A stretch of DNA of 64,000 bases from Acutalibacteraceae bacterium (GTDB lineage Bacteria > Bacillota > Clostridia > Oscillospirales > Acutalibacteraceae). The position numbers and the translations under genes were made by a program. The notes below the pieces were generated by a model. The model made no database searches. It saw only the letters and a list, made by a program, of their open reading frames with translations, and was not told the origin of the DNA. Location of the stretch: positions 90,534 to 154,533 of the forward strand of contig JAZQFC010000037.1 of NCBI GenBank assembly GCA_045539315.1, written 5' to 3'. The first letter of the stretch is position 1. Each line of letters starts with the position of its first letter. Below, in pieces: positions 36,964-45,806 of this stretch.

Positions 36964-38070
36964 TTATAAATCTAAACATTCATAAACTAAATCTCTGATA
37001 GAAACATGGTGTTGATAACCTTCGCCCCAACCGAGTGTATGGCAACCGATAAACACACCAACATTATTTTCAACATCTACCAAAACATAAGCGCAAGCGG
37101 CGCTATCCCAACCAAACTCGCCGAGCGGTGCACCTGTTTTGCTATTGTCGATAAGTGTTCTAACGCCAAGACCATAGCCATAACCACTATCTTTTTTGAA
37201 GAAATTTCTCATTAATTCTTCACTTACAAGATGGTTCGTTTTCATAGCATCAATCGACTCTTTTGAAAGCAATTTATAGCCATTTTCAGCGACTCCGTAA
37301 TTAGCCAATGCTTTAACAAATTTTATGTAATCATTGATGTTGCCGATAAGACCTGCGCCACCACTTTCATAATTATCTGTAAAGATAAAATTATTGTTTT
37401 GATGCGCTAATTTAAACGCCTTTTCTTTATCATCATACCAATATTGAGGTAATATTCTTTCATTCAAACTTTCGTTATATCTAAAAGTAGAATTTTTCAT
37501 ATCAAGTGGCTCAAAAATGTTCTTTTCAACATATTCAGCAAACTTCATTCCTGATACAACTTCGATAACTGCACCAAGAATATCAAGGCCTAAACCATAG
37601 CAGAACATATCACCAGGAAAATTCTCAACATAATCTTTACCAATTGCTTTTACAACATCAATTGTTGAAGCATTTTTATTTTTAATTATTTCTTTAATAT
37701 TCTCTTTTTCAAGATTGTAATTAAAGCCACCTGTCATAGTTAAAAGATGACGAATTGTAAGAGTTTTTTCAATAGGAACACGAGATTCCCAAGCGTAAAG
37801 TTTTTTAAATTCAGGTATGTAATTTCCAACAGGGTCATCTAACGAAATCTTACCTTTTTCAACTAGTTGCATAGCCGAAACCGCTGTTATAACTTTTGAT
37901 GCCGAATACATAAAAAACAAATCATCATAATCGGCATTAGTGCCATCTTTTCTTTTTCCAAAGACGTTTTCATAAACTTCTTTACCGTCTTTTACAACTT
38001 TTATTCCATAAAAGGGGCAACCATCATCTTTAATTTTTTTGATAAATAAATCCAATTTTTCAAAGTTCAT
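36964..38070 (-). CDS. Serine hydrolase, beta-lactamase/PBP4-like family
   Basis: About 368 aa from the ATG at 38070 (GGAGAG RBS). SxxK motif YSASKVITA. Confidence 0.8.
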   Translation of the reverse strand: MNFEKLDLFIKKIKDDGCPFYGIKVVKDGKEVYENVFGKRKDGTNADYDDLFFMYSASKVITAVSAMQLVEKGKISLDDPVGNYIPEFKKLYAWESRVPIEKTLTIRHLLTMTGGFNYNLEKENIKEIIKNKNASTIDVVKAIGKDYVENFPGDMFCYGLGLDILGAVIEVVSGMKFAEYVEKNIFEPLDMKNSTFRYNESLNERILPQYWYDDKEKAFKLAHQNNNFIFTDNYESGGAGLIGNINDYIKFVKALANYGVAENGYKLLSKESIDAMKTNHLVSEELMRNFFKKDSGYGYGLGVRTLIDNSKTGAPLGEFGWDSAACAYVLVDVENNVGVFIGCHTLGWGEGYQHHVSIRDLVYECLDL

Positions 38071-38118
38071 TTCAAATACTCTCCATAAACAAAAAGGCAT
38101 AATAACCTATGATAGATT

Positions 38119-38147
38119 ATTATACCATTTTAACTTTATTAAAACAA
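38119..38147 (-). promoter_or_regulatory. Candidate promoter for the serine hydrolase/GH5 unit
   Basis: On the minus strand: TTGTTT, 17-nt spacer, TGgTATAAT (extended -10). Confidence 0.4.
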
Positions 38148-38170
38148 GTGGTTTTTATTAGAAATTTTTA

Positions 38171-38416
38171 TTAGTTTTCTACAATTTTGTAAAGCAGACA
38201 AGCATCGTCTTTTTTTACAACTTCTTTCACATCGGTAACTTCGGCTTTAAAAGGTTTTGAGCCAAAATTAATCTCAATAACATCTCCGATTTTTACGTCA
38301 TAAGAAGCCCTTTGCGCCTTACCATTTACAACAACTCTGCCCGCATCACAAGCATCATTTGCAACGGTTCTACGCTTAATAATTCGGGATACTTTAAGGT
38401 ATTTATCTAATCTCAT
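38171..38416 (-). CDS. S4-domain RNA-binding protein (YabO/Hsp15-like)
   Basis: 81 aa with MRLDKYLKVSRIIKRRTVANDACDAGRVVVNG. Confidence 0.85.
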   Translation of the reverse strand: MRLDKYLKVSRIIKRRTVANDACDAGRVVVNGKAQRASYDVKIGDVIEINFGSKPFKAEVTDVKEVVKKDDACLLYKIVEN

Positions 38417-38806
38417 TTACTCTTCCTCACAAAAAGCATAACAACTGCCATCAAGACAGAGTTTTTCTCTATATTCTTCTTTTTTATCAGACAAACATTC
38501 ATCTTTATCTTCACAATGAGAGCATAATTTTTTCTTCACATTGTTAAGCATTTTTTCATACTCTACGCGCTCGAGAACTACTGCTTCCATCTCAAAAAAT
38601 TCGCCAATTTGATTTATGTGAACATAAACATCATCAATCTCTTCTAAAATGAAATATGGCGCAACGCATTTTCTTTCAAAAAGATGACGAAGTTTTATAA
38701 ATTTTTTGTTGTAATTTTCAAGAAATTCGGCAAACTCATCAATTGTTTGCACCCCATCAGGATACAAATAATATTCGCTTTTATCATCAATATACAAAAC
38801 CTTCAT
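38417..38806 (-). CDS. Hypothetical protein with a Cys-rich acidic C-terminus
   Basis: 129 aa. The stop abuts the yabO-like ATG (TAAATG). C-terminal CSHCEDKDEC...CLDGSCYAFCEEE. No family recognised. Confidence 0.55.
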   Translation of the reverse strand: MKVLYIDDKSEYYLYPDGVQTIDEFAEFLENYNKKFIKLRHLFERKCVAPYFILEEIDDVYVHINQIGEFFEMEAVVLERVEYEKMLNNVKKKLCSHCEDKDECLSDKKEEYREKLCLDGSCYAFCEEE

Positions 38807-38824
38807 AAAAGTTCTCCTTTATTA

Positions 38825-38860
38825 CAAAAAACGAAGGCGACTCGATACTTCAAGTCGCCC
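38825..38860 (-). terminator. Terminator after hup
   Basis: Stem GGCGACT (38836-38842) / AGTCGCC (38853-38859), followed on the minus strand by a T-run. Confidence 0.7.
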
Positions 38861-38879
38861 ACGATAAATAATTCAATAA

Positions 38880-39152
38880 TTATTTTACAGCATCTTTGAA
38901 TGCTTTTGCAGCTTTGAAAGCAGGAGCTTTTGAAGCAGCGATTTGGATTTTTTCTTTAGTTTTTGGGTTGATACCTGTTCTTGCAGCTCTTGTTTTAACT
39001 TCGAAGCTACCGAAACCAGCTAAAGCAACTTTGTCGCCAGCTTTAACAGCGTCAACAACTGTGTCAACGAATGCTTTGTAAGCAGCGTCTGCATCTTTCT
39101 TTGAGAGTCCAGCTTTTGCAGCGATAGCTGCTACGAATTCTGTCTTGTTCAT
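38880..39152 (-). CDS. hup: HU-family DNA-binding protein
   Basis: 90 aa from the ATG at 39152 (GGAGG RBS) with MNKTEFVAAIA...GFGSFEVKTRAARTGINPKT. Confidence 0.93.
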   Translation of the reverse strand: MNKTEFVAAIAAKAGLSKKDADAAYKAFVDTVVDAVKAGDKVALAGFGSFEVKTRAARTGINPKTKEKIQIAASKAPAFKAAKAFKDAVK

Positions 39153-39209
39153 TTTAAATTCCTCCAAAATAAATTTAATTTTTTAATATTTTATTTAAAG
39201 ACTAAAAGT

Positions 39210-40013
39210 CTAAAAATTCTTTTTCTTTACCTCTTCCCAAATACTATCTAGTTCTTCGAGAGTAGAGTTTTTCATATCAATGTTTCGCTCATTGCAAATC
39301 TCTTCAACCTTTTGGAATCTGCTAATAAACTTATCAGTAGCGCGATTCAAAGTTTCTTCAGAATCTACTTTTATAAAGCGAGAAACATTTACAACTGCAA
39401 AAAGCAAATCGCCAAATTCTTCTGAAATGCTCATAGGACAACCATTTTCAATAGCCTCTTCAAGTTCTGAAAGTTCTTCGCCGACTTTGAAAAGTGGCTC
39501 ATAAACATCTTCCCAATCGAAATTTGCTTTTGCCGCGCGCTTTTGAACTTTTGCCGCACGCATTAATGCAGGAAAAGCAGCCGGCACACTTTTTAAAGTA
39601 TCAGTATAACTTGACTGATTTTTCTCTTGCATTTTTATTTTATCCCAATTATCAAGCACCTTATCACTAGTTTCGGCAACTACATCGCCAAAAATATGAG
39701 GGTGCCTTAAAATTAACTTTTTACAAACGCCATCTGCAACATCTGATAATTCAAAACCATCTTGCTCTTTTTCAATTTGAGTATGAAAAATTACTTGCAA
39801 TAAAACATCGCCTAATTCTTCTTTAAGGTCTTCTTTATCATCTCTATCAATAGCGTCAACTACTTCATAGACCTCTTCTAAAAAGTTATTGCGAATAGAA
39901 TCATGAGTTTGCTCTTTATCCCAAGGGCAACCATCTTCTGAACGCAAAATCTCCATAATTTTCACAAGGTCTTGCACATCATAGTTATCTTTAAATTCAA
40001 AATCCTTGACCAT
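39210..40013 (-). CDS. mazG: MazG nucleoside-triphosphate pyrophosphohydrolase (tandem MazG domains)
   Basis: 267 aa with two EExxE/ELGD-type blocks (EEVYEVVDAI, ELGDVLLQV; EELSELEEAI, EFGDLLFAV). Confidence 0.9.
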   Translation of the reverse strand: MVKDFEFKDNYDVQDLVKIMEILRSEDGCPWDKEQTHDSIRNNFLEEVYEVVDAIDRDDKEDLKEELGDVLLQVIFHTQIEKEQDGFELSDVADGVCKKLILRHPHIFGDVVAETSDKVLDNWDKIKMQEKNQSSYTDTLKSVPAAFPALMRAAKVQKRAAKANFDWEDVYEPLFKVGEELSELEEAIENGCPMSISEEFGDLLFAVVNVSRFIKVDSEETLNRATDKFISRFQKVEEICNERNIDMKNSTLEELDSIWEEVKKKNF

Positions 40014-40148
40014 TTATTTAACTTCTCCTAATGGATTTCGCATATATACATTTTACCCTAAAACGCCCTAATTTGCAAGTGATTTTTAATAAAAACATTC
40101 AAAAAACTTCACTTTTTAATGCTATTTCGGAATTTTTATTCAGTTATG

Positions 40149-40823
40149 TTAACCAAAAACCGAAAGCACCATATTAATCAACACATCTTCTTTTAAATTA
40201 TTCGTTTCGCGATAAGTATCAGCCGCGGTATCATCGGCATCATCAGAAAGTTTTCTAATAGACACAAAAGGCATATTCATCTTATAACAAACAGAAGCAA
40301 CTGCCGCCGATTCCATATCGCAACAACCACCATTGAATTTTTCAATGATATAATCTTTTTTATCTTTTGCCGATACAAACATATCGCCCGTTACAAACAC
40401 GCAAGGCTTAATAGAAGTGTATTTATTTACAAACTTTTCAAACAAATCTTTATCAGGCTCGTAAATATAAACAGGTTGAGGTTTTACCCCCACCTCATAG
40501 CCGAGCGGTGATAAATCAAAATCGTGTTCTAAAAGTTTTTCGCAAATAACAATATCATTTTTATAAACGCCTTTAATAGCGCCTGATAAACCAAAATTAA
40601 TAATACAGTCAGTTTTTTCTTTGCAAATAAGCGCAGCGGTAGCGCCTGCGGCATTAACTTTACCTGTTCCACAAAGAACTGCAACTATCTGGTTGCCACA
40701 CATTGTTTCGAAAGAAACCGCTTTATCGCCACAAATCTCATAAGTTTTGCCATTATAAAGTTTTGCTTTTTCAACGACAGGAGCAAACTCCATATCGTCC
40801 GCTATAACAAGTCCTATTTTCAT
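40149..40823 (-). CDS. mtnN: MTA/SAH nucleosidase family (PNP_UDP_1) protein
   Basis: About 224 aa from the ATG at 40823 (AAAGGA RBS) with GTGKVNAA and CDMESAAVASVC blocks. Confidence 0.65.
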   Translation of the reverse strand: MKIGLVIADDMEFAPVVEKAKLYNGKTYEICGDKAVSFETMCGNQIVAVLCGTGKVNAAGATAALICKEKTDCIINFGLSGAIKGVYKNDIVICEKLLEHDFDLSPLGYEVGVKPQPVYIYEPDKDLFEKFVNKYTSIKPCVFVTGDMFVSAKDKKDYIIEKFNGGCCDMESAAVASVCYKMNMPFVSIRKLSDDADDTAADTYRETNNLKEDVLINMVLSVFG

Positions 40824-40840
40824 TTTATATCCTTTCAAAA

Positions 40841-40870
40841 AACAAAACGGCTAAATTAGTAGCCGTTTTA
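40841..40870 (-). terminator. Terminator after the zinc-ribbon gene
   Basis: Stem ACGGCT / AGCCGT with a T-rich tail on the minus strand. Confidence 0.6.
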
Positions 40871-40885
40871 TTCTAGCTTAAATTA

Positions 40886-41242
40886 TTATAATTGTTGACC
40901 GCAGTTTGCACAAAAAGATGCGGTATCTGCACATTTAGCGCCACAAGCAGAACACACTTTAGTTTGCTTGGTTTCATTAATTTCACATTCAATGCTATCA
41001 AGTTCATCAAACTTTGCATCAATAGAACCAATGATTTCAGCATAATCAGTTACTTCTTCGCCTGATTCTTTTGCTGATTCATAATAAAGCCTACCGAGAG
41101 TTTCAAAGTCTTTTGATAACTGTGAATTAACTTGGGTTGCTTTTAATTTTAATTTTTGAACAGATACAACCTCACCTGTTTTTTTAGCAGCAACATCATA
41201 TAAATCTTTAGCCTTTACAACTGCTTCTTCAAAAAATCCCAT
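40886..41242 (-). CDS. Zinc-ribbon domain protein
   Basis: About 118 aa from the ATG at 41242 (GGGAG RBS). Coiled N-terminal part, then C-terminal CSACGAKC...CANCG. Confidence 0.65.
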   Translation of the reverse strand: MGFFEEAVVKAKDLYDVAAKKTGEVVSVQKLKLKATQVNSQLSKDFETLGRLYYESAKESGEEVTDYAEIIGSIDAKFDELDSIECEINETKQTKVCSACGAKCADTASFCANCGQQL

Positions 41243-41307
41243 TATAAAAACTCCCTTCAAGTTTCTTTATGCTAATTATACACTAAAAGCCTTTAAAAAT
41301 CAATGTT

Positions 41308-42729
41308 TTAATTAAAAAATTCATAGATTTTTTGCTTTCTGTTTATCATTTCATCAAACCCTCTTATGTACTCATAAGGGTATTTGTAATTAAAAATTCG
41401 TTCAATTTTATTTTTATCAACCAACTTTGTTGAAGCGCCTGCGCCAAGGGATAAAATAGTTTGCACTTCTTCCATAATGAAAATATTGTAATAAGACTCA
41501 AACCCAGGTTTTGCCCAACCAATATTCTCATTATTACCTGCCATTTTGCTTTGACGGTACATATAGTACGGATTATAGCCGTTTTGTGATAAAACTTTAC
41601 TCGAATATTCAAGCATTTTAGAAACCGTATCGCCCTCAGGGTTATAAACCGCATCGCCTTTATACACAAGTGTTGACGAACGTTTTACAGACAAGCAATG
41701 CACCGTTATACATTCAGGCGCAAGTTTTACAATATCATCTATTGTATTTTTAAAAGATTCATATGTATCTGATGGCAACCCTGCAATTAAATCGGTGTTA
41801 ATATTATCAAAACCAATTTCTTTTGCAAGATTATAAGCATCATAAAACTCTTTTACAGTATGGCGCCTTTTTATAATATGCAACACATCATCATTTAGTG
41901 TTTGCGGATTAATTGAAATTCTGGTTGCGCCATTTTGTTTTATTTTCTCTAATTTTTCACGAGTGATGGTATCAGGTCTGCCTGCTTCTACGGTAAATTC
42001 AAGCAAATCAGACACATCAAAATGAGTGTTTACCGCCTGCATAATCGCAGATAAATCTTCGGCAGAAATAGCGGTAGGTGTGCCACCGCCGATATAAACA
42101 GTTTGAAGTTTTAAGTTTAAGTCCCTCGCTACTTTTGCAGTATATTCAATTTCTTTTAAAAGATTTTTGACATATTCAGGTATCAACTTTTTAGACTGCT
42201 CAATATCGTGAGAAATAAACGAACAATATGAGCAACGAGAAGCGCAAAACGGAATAGAAATATAAAGGCTGAATGAATTATCATTCATTTTAGCAAGTAT
42301 TGTGTTTTGCAAATCAACTATTCTCTTTGCCATCAGGAACTTTTCATCAGAAATAAGCAAATTTTCTTGCATATACTCTCTTGCCGAAGTTTCTCCTTGA
42401 TGCTCAATTAAATTACGAAGCAACTTTGTTGGTCTAACGCCTGTTTGAATACCCCATTTAGGCACAAGAAAAGTATGCGCTGACAAAATTTCAAATAGCA
42501 TTTTGCAAAGCAGACGCTCGCTATCATTATCCACAAAAGCGACTGCGCGTTTTTCATAATATTCGCCGTCTATTCTGACTGTAACCGATAAATTTAGGTT
42601 ATACTTAAAAACAGAAATCTTTGCAAAATCGCCATCAAGCGGAGAAGTTTTCTGCTCTGGAAAAAACAATTGTATTATATTTTCTATCTCGAATTTATAA
42701 TCATTTCCTACAAGTTCTAATTTTATCAT
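41308..42729 (-). CDS. hemZ: HemN-like radical SAM protein (HemZ-type coproporphyrinogen dehydrogenase family)
   Basis: 473 aa with CASRCSYCSF (CxxxCxxC). Lies in the typical clostridial relA/MBL/hemZ neighbourhood. Confidence 0.75.
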   Translation of the reverse strand: MIKLELVGNDYKFEIENIIQLFFPEQKTSPLDGDFAKISVFKYNLNLSVTVRIDGEYYEKRAVAFVDNDSERLLCKMLFEILSAHTFLVPKWGIQTGVRPTKLLRNLIEHQGETSAREYMQENLLISDEKFLMAKRIVDLQNTILAKMNDNSFSLYISIPFCASRCSYCSFISHDIEQSKKLIPEYVKNLLKEIEYTAKVARDLNLKLQTVYIGGGTPTAISAEDLSAIMQAVNTHFDVSDLLEFTVEAGRPDTITREKLEKIKQNGATRISINPQTLNDDVLHIIKRRHTVKEFYDAYNLAKEIGFDNINTDLIAGLPSDTYESFKNTIDDIVKLAPECITVHCLSVKRSSTLVYKGDAVYNPEGDTVSKMLEYSSKVLSQNGYNPYYMYRQSKMAGNNENIGWAKPGFESYYNIFIMEEVQTILSLGAGASTKLVDKNKIERIFNYKYPYEYIRGFDEMINRKQKIYEFFN

Positions 42730-43352
42730 AGATACCTCGAAAGTGGGTTGAAATTACGCTCATCATTCAAAGTGGTAGAATTTTGATGACCGGGAAGCAT
42801 TAAATAATCGCCTTCTAATTGGCAAAGTTTATAGTAAGAATCAATAAGCGATGACAAACTGCCTGTTGGAAAATCAGTTCTACCATAAGAGCCTTGAAAA
42901 ATAGTATCGCCACAGAAAATAACGTCATCACACAAAAAGCACAATGAACCATCAGTATGCCCAGGTGTATGAATAACTGTTATATGCTTTTCGCCAAACT
43001 CTAACACATCGCCATCATTTACTGCGATGTCAATAGTTTCAGGCACATAGTCTTCTAAATAGCAACCAATTGCGCTATGAAGATTCGCTTTTGCGCTAGA
43101 CAGACGCTCTGCTTCATTTATATGCGCAACAATGCTAGCGCCTGTTAGCATTTTAACAGTATGCACTGCCATAATATGGTCTGCGTGAGCGTGAGTTAAC
43201 AAAATATATTTGATATTAGCCTTCTCAACTTCGCTTAATAATTTTTCTGTAACAAAAGCAGGGTCAACAATTACCGATTCTCCTGTTTTATCATCGGTAA
43301 ACAAATAGCAATTTGTAGATAACGGTCCTATTTCAAATCTTTTAACTGACAC
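42726..43352 (-). CDS. MBL-fold metallo-hydrolase
   Basis: 208 aa with the THAHADH motif. 4-nt overlap with hemZ. Confidence 0.85.
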   Translation of the reverse strand: MSVKRFEIGPLSTNCYLFTDDKTGESVIVDPAFVTEKLLSEVEKANIKYILLTHAHADHIMAVHTVKMLTGASIVAHINEAERLSSAKANLHSAIGCYLEDYVPETIDIAVNDGDVLEFGEKHITVIHTPGHTDGSLCFLCDDVIFCGDTIFQGSYGRTDFPTGSLSSLIDSYYKLCQLEGDYLMLPGHQNSTTLNDERNFNPLSRYL

Positions 43353-43356
43353 TTTA

Positions 43357-43602
43357 TCACCTATTTCTTAAAACGAACATCGCTTTTTCATAATCTTTTC
43401 TGCGAACATAAACTTTGTACTCATACATATTTTGTTGATGAACAAAAGAATTTACAGGTACGCGAACACCATTATGCAAAGTAATGTTTTTTACTCTCAC
43501 AATATAATCAATATCATTAGAAGCAAGAATATCACGAACTTTTGCCTGCTCACCTATATCATAAGTGATTAAAACTTCTTCTCTATTAAAAATAGTAATC
43601 AT
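43357..43602 (-). CDS. Small hypothetical protein (81 aa)
   Basis: Tightly packed between relA and the MBL gene. No motif recognised. Confidence 0.5.
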   Translation of the reverse strand: MITIFNREEVLITYDIGEQAKVRDILASNDIDYIVRVKNITLHNGVRVPVNSFVHQQNMYEYKVYVRRKDYEKAMFVLRNR

Positions 43603-43604
43603 AT

Positions 43605-45779
43605 CTACATTCCTGTTCTTTCTATTGAGAATACACCGTTGATTTTTGAAAGTTTATTGATAATATTTTTCAAATGCTCAACCGATTCAATGCTAATAGT
43701 AATAATTACAACGCAGTTTCCATCTTTAATTTCTCTTGCGCTGATAGAGTGAAGCGCTAATCTCATATTAGCAATTTCCATAGTAATATCAGCAACAATT
43801 TGTGGTCTGTCAATTGCATGAATAGTTAATGTTGACTGGAAGTTTTCACGAGTGTTACCTGTCCATTTAACACCTATCCAACGCTCTGGGTCTTCACATT
43901 TTGTCATATCTCTTGGCACATTAGCGCAATCTCTTTTATGCACAGAAATACCGTGACCACGAGTTACAAAGCCGATAATAGCGTCCCCAGGCAATGGGTT
44001 ACAACATTTTGAAAGTTTGATAAGACAATTATCAGTACCATCAACAACTACTGCGCCATCGTTTGACCTTGGTTTGATTTTAACAAGGTTTTCAGAAACG
44101 CTGTCAGCAGGTTTTGGTTTATACTGCTCTTTGATTCTTGGAATAAACTTTGAAAAAACAATTCCGCCATAACCAATTGCAGCATAAAAATCATCAACAG
44201 ACTTATGCCCTTGACGCTCTGATATTTTTAAAATAACCTCATTATATTCATCTTCGGTTAAACTAATATAATTTTTCTTTAATTCTTTTTCAATTTCTAA
44301 CTTACCGCGCTCAATATTTTCAGGGCGCTTTTCTTTTTTAAACCAAGTTCTGATTTTAGATTTTGCTTCACTGGTTCTTACAATGCCGAGCCAGTCTCTA
44401 CTAGGTCCGTGAGGTTGAGAAGTGGTAAGAATTTCAATAACATCGCCTGTTTGAATCTTATAGTCAATAGGCACAATTCTACCATCAACTTTAGCGCCTA
44501 CCATTTTATTACCAACAGCGGTGTGAATAGCATAAGCAAAGTCTATTACACAAGAGCCTGACGGAAGTGAAATAACATCGCCTTTTGGTGTTACCGCAAA
44601 AACATCATCTTGAGTTAAATCGCTTTTAATATTTGCAACAATTTCTTGTGGGTTGTCGCTCTCTTTTTGGTTTTCCAGCAAATGGCGCACCCAATTCAAG
44701 CGTTCATCTGATTTCTGGTCAGATTTTGAAACACCACTTTTATATTTCCAATGCGCCGCGATACCGAGTTCTGCAGTTTGGTGCATTTCCCAAGTTCTTA
44801 TCTGCACCTCAAAAGGAATACCCTCTCTTGGCAAAACAGTTGAGTGAAGCGACTGATACATATTAGGTTTCGGAGTTGAAATATAATCTTTAAACCTACC
44901 TGGAATAGGGCGGAACATATCATGAATATAACCCAAAATATTATAGCAATCAACTACTGTATCGGTAATAATTCTGATTGCATAAATATCATAGATTTCT
45001 TCAAATGTTTTGCCCTGCATATACATTTTTCTATAAATACCGTGAATAGATTTAACACGGCCATCTATACGAATATTAGGAATAACGCCATCTAATCTTT
45101 TTTCAATTCTTAAAATAATTGAACGAAGATAACTCTCTCTTTTGTCTTCTTGAGAAGCGAGCGAATCTTCAATATCTTTATAAGCAATTGGGTCTAGCAC
45201 TCGAATTGCCAAATCTTCTAATTCTTCTTTTATCGCTCTGATACCAAGACGGTGAGCAATAGGCGCATAAATTTCAAGCGTTTCTTTAGCAATATCTCTA
45301 CGCTTTGTTTCAGATTTATGCCCCTCAATTGTTCGCATATTATGAAGCCTGTCAGCAAGTTTGATAATAATTACTCTTATATCTTCTGACATGGCAAGAA
45401 GCATTTTTCTAATATTTTCTGCTTGAGCATCTTCTCTTGTTACAAAAGGAATATTAGAAAGTTTTGTGAGCGATTCAACCAAGTTGCAAACATCTGCTCC
45501 AAACTCTTTTTTAATTGTTTCGCAAGTGATTTCAGTATCTTCAACAACATCATGCAAAAGCGCAGCGATAACCGATTCATTGTCCATTCCAAGTTCTATA
45601 ATTGTGAGCGCTACTGCAATTGGGTGGCTAAAATAACTCTCGCCCGATTTGCGATACTGACCCTCATGCGCCTTTTGACCAAACAAAAAGGCTTTTTCTA
45701 TTCTGTTTAAATCATAGTCTTTTTTAGTTGCAGTTATATGCTCAACTATGTCGCTAAAAGTGTACTCCTTAAAAGCCAT
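43605..45779 (-). CDS. relA: Bifunctional (p)ppGpp synthetase/hydrolase
   Basis: 724 aa with an HD domain (HDVVEDT), a RelA/SpoT synthetase block, and TGS and ACT regions. Confidence 0.93.
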   Translation of the reverse strand: MAFKEYTFSDIVEHITATKKDYDLNRIEKAFLFGQKAHEGQYRKSGESYFSHPIAVALTIIELGMDNESVIAALLHDVVEDTEITCETIKKEFGADVCNLVESLTKLSNIPFVTREDAQAENIRKMLLAMSEDIRVIIIKLADRLHNMRTIEGHKSETKRRDIAKETLEIYAPIAHRLGIRAIKEELEDLAIRVLDPIAYKDIEDSLASQEDKRESYLRSIILRIEKRLDGVIPNIRIDGRVKSIHGIYRKMYMQGKTFEEIYDIYAIRIITDTVVDCYNILGYIHDMFRPIPGRFKDYISTPKPNMYQSLHSTVLPREGIPFEVQIRTWEMHQTAELGIAAHWKYKSGVSKSDQKSDERLNWVRHLLENQKESDNPQEIVANIKSDLTQDDVFAVTPKGDVISLPSGSCVIDFAYAIHTAVGNKMVGAKVDGRIVPIDYKIQTGDVIEILTTSQPHGPSRDWLGIVRTSEAKSKIRTWFKKEKRPENIERGKLEIEKELKKNYISLTEDEYNEVILKISERQGHKSVDDFYAAIGYGGIVFSKFIPRIKEQYKPKPADSVSENLVKIKPRSNDGAVVVDGTDNCLIKLSKCCNPLPGDAIIGFVTRGHGISVHKRDCANVPRDMTKCEDPERWIGVKWTGNTRENFQSTLTIHAIDRPQIVADITMEIANMRLALHSISAREIKDGNCVVIITISIESVEHLKNIINKLSKINGVFSIERTGM

Positions 45780-45806
45780 TTTGCTCTCCTTTCGTTTCAG
45801 TTTGCT

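Noticed and set aside
39210-40013. MazG as part of a toxin-antitoxin or defence module.
   Set aside because: There is no mazE or mazF-like neighbour. It sits in the conserved housekeeping mazG/hup/yabO block.
41308-42729. Radical SAM protein, together with the distant PqqD-like gene, as evidence for a RiPP cluster.
   Set aside because: The radical SAM protein has the HemN/HemZ layout and the conserved relA/MBL/hemZ context. The PqqD-like gene is 6 kb away in a different operon, and no precursor peptide is seen.
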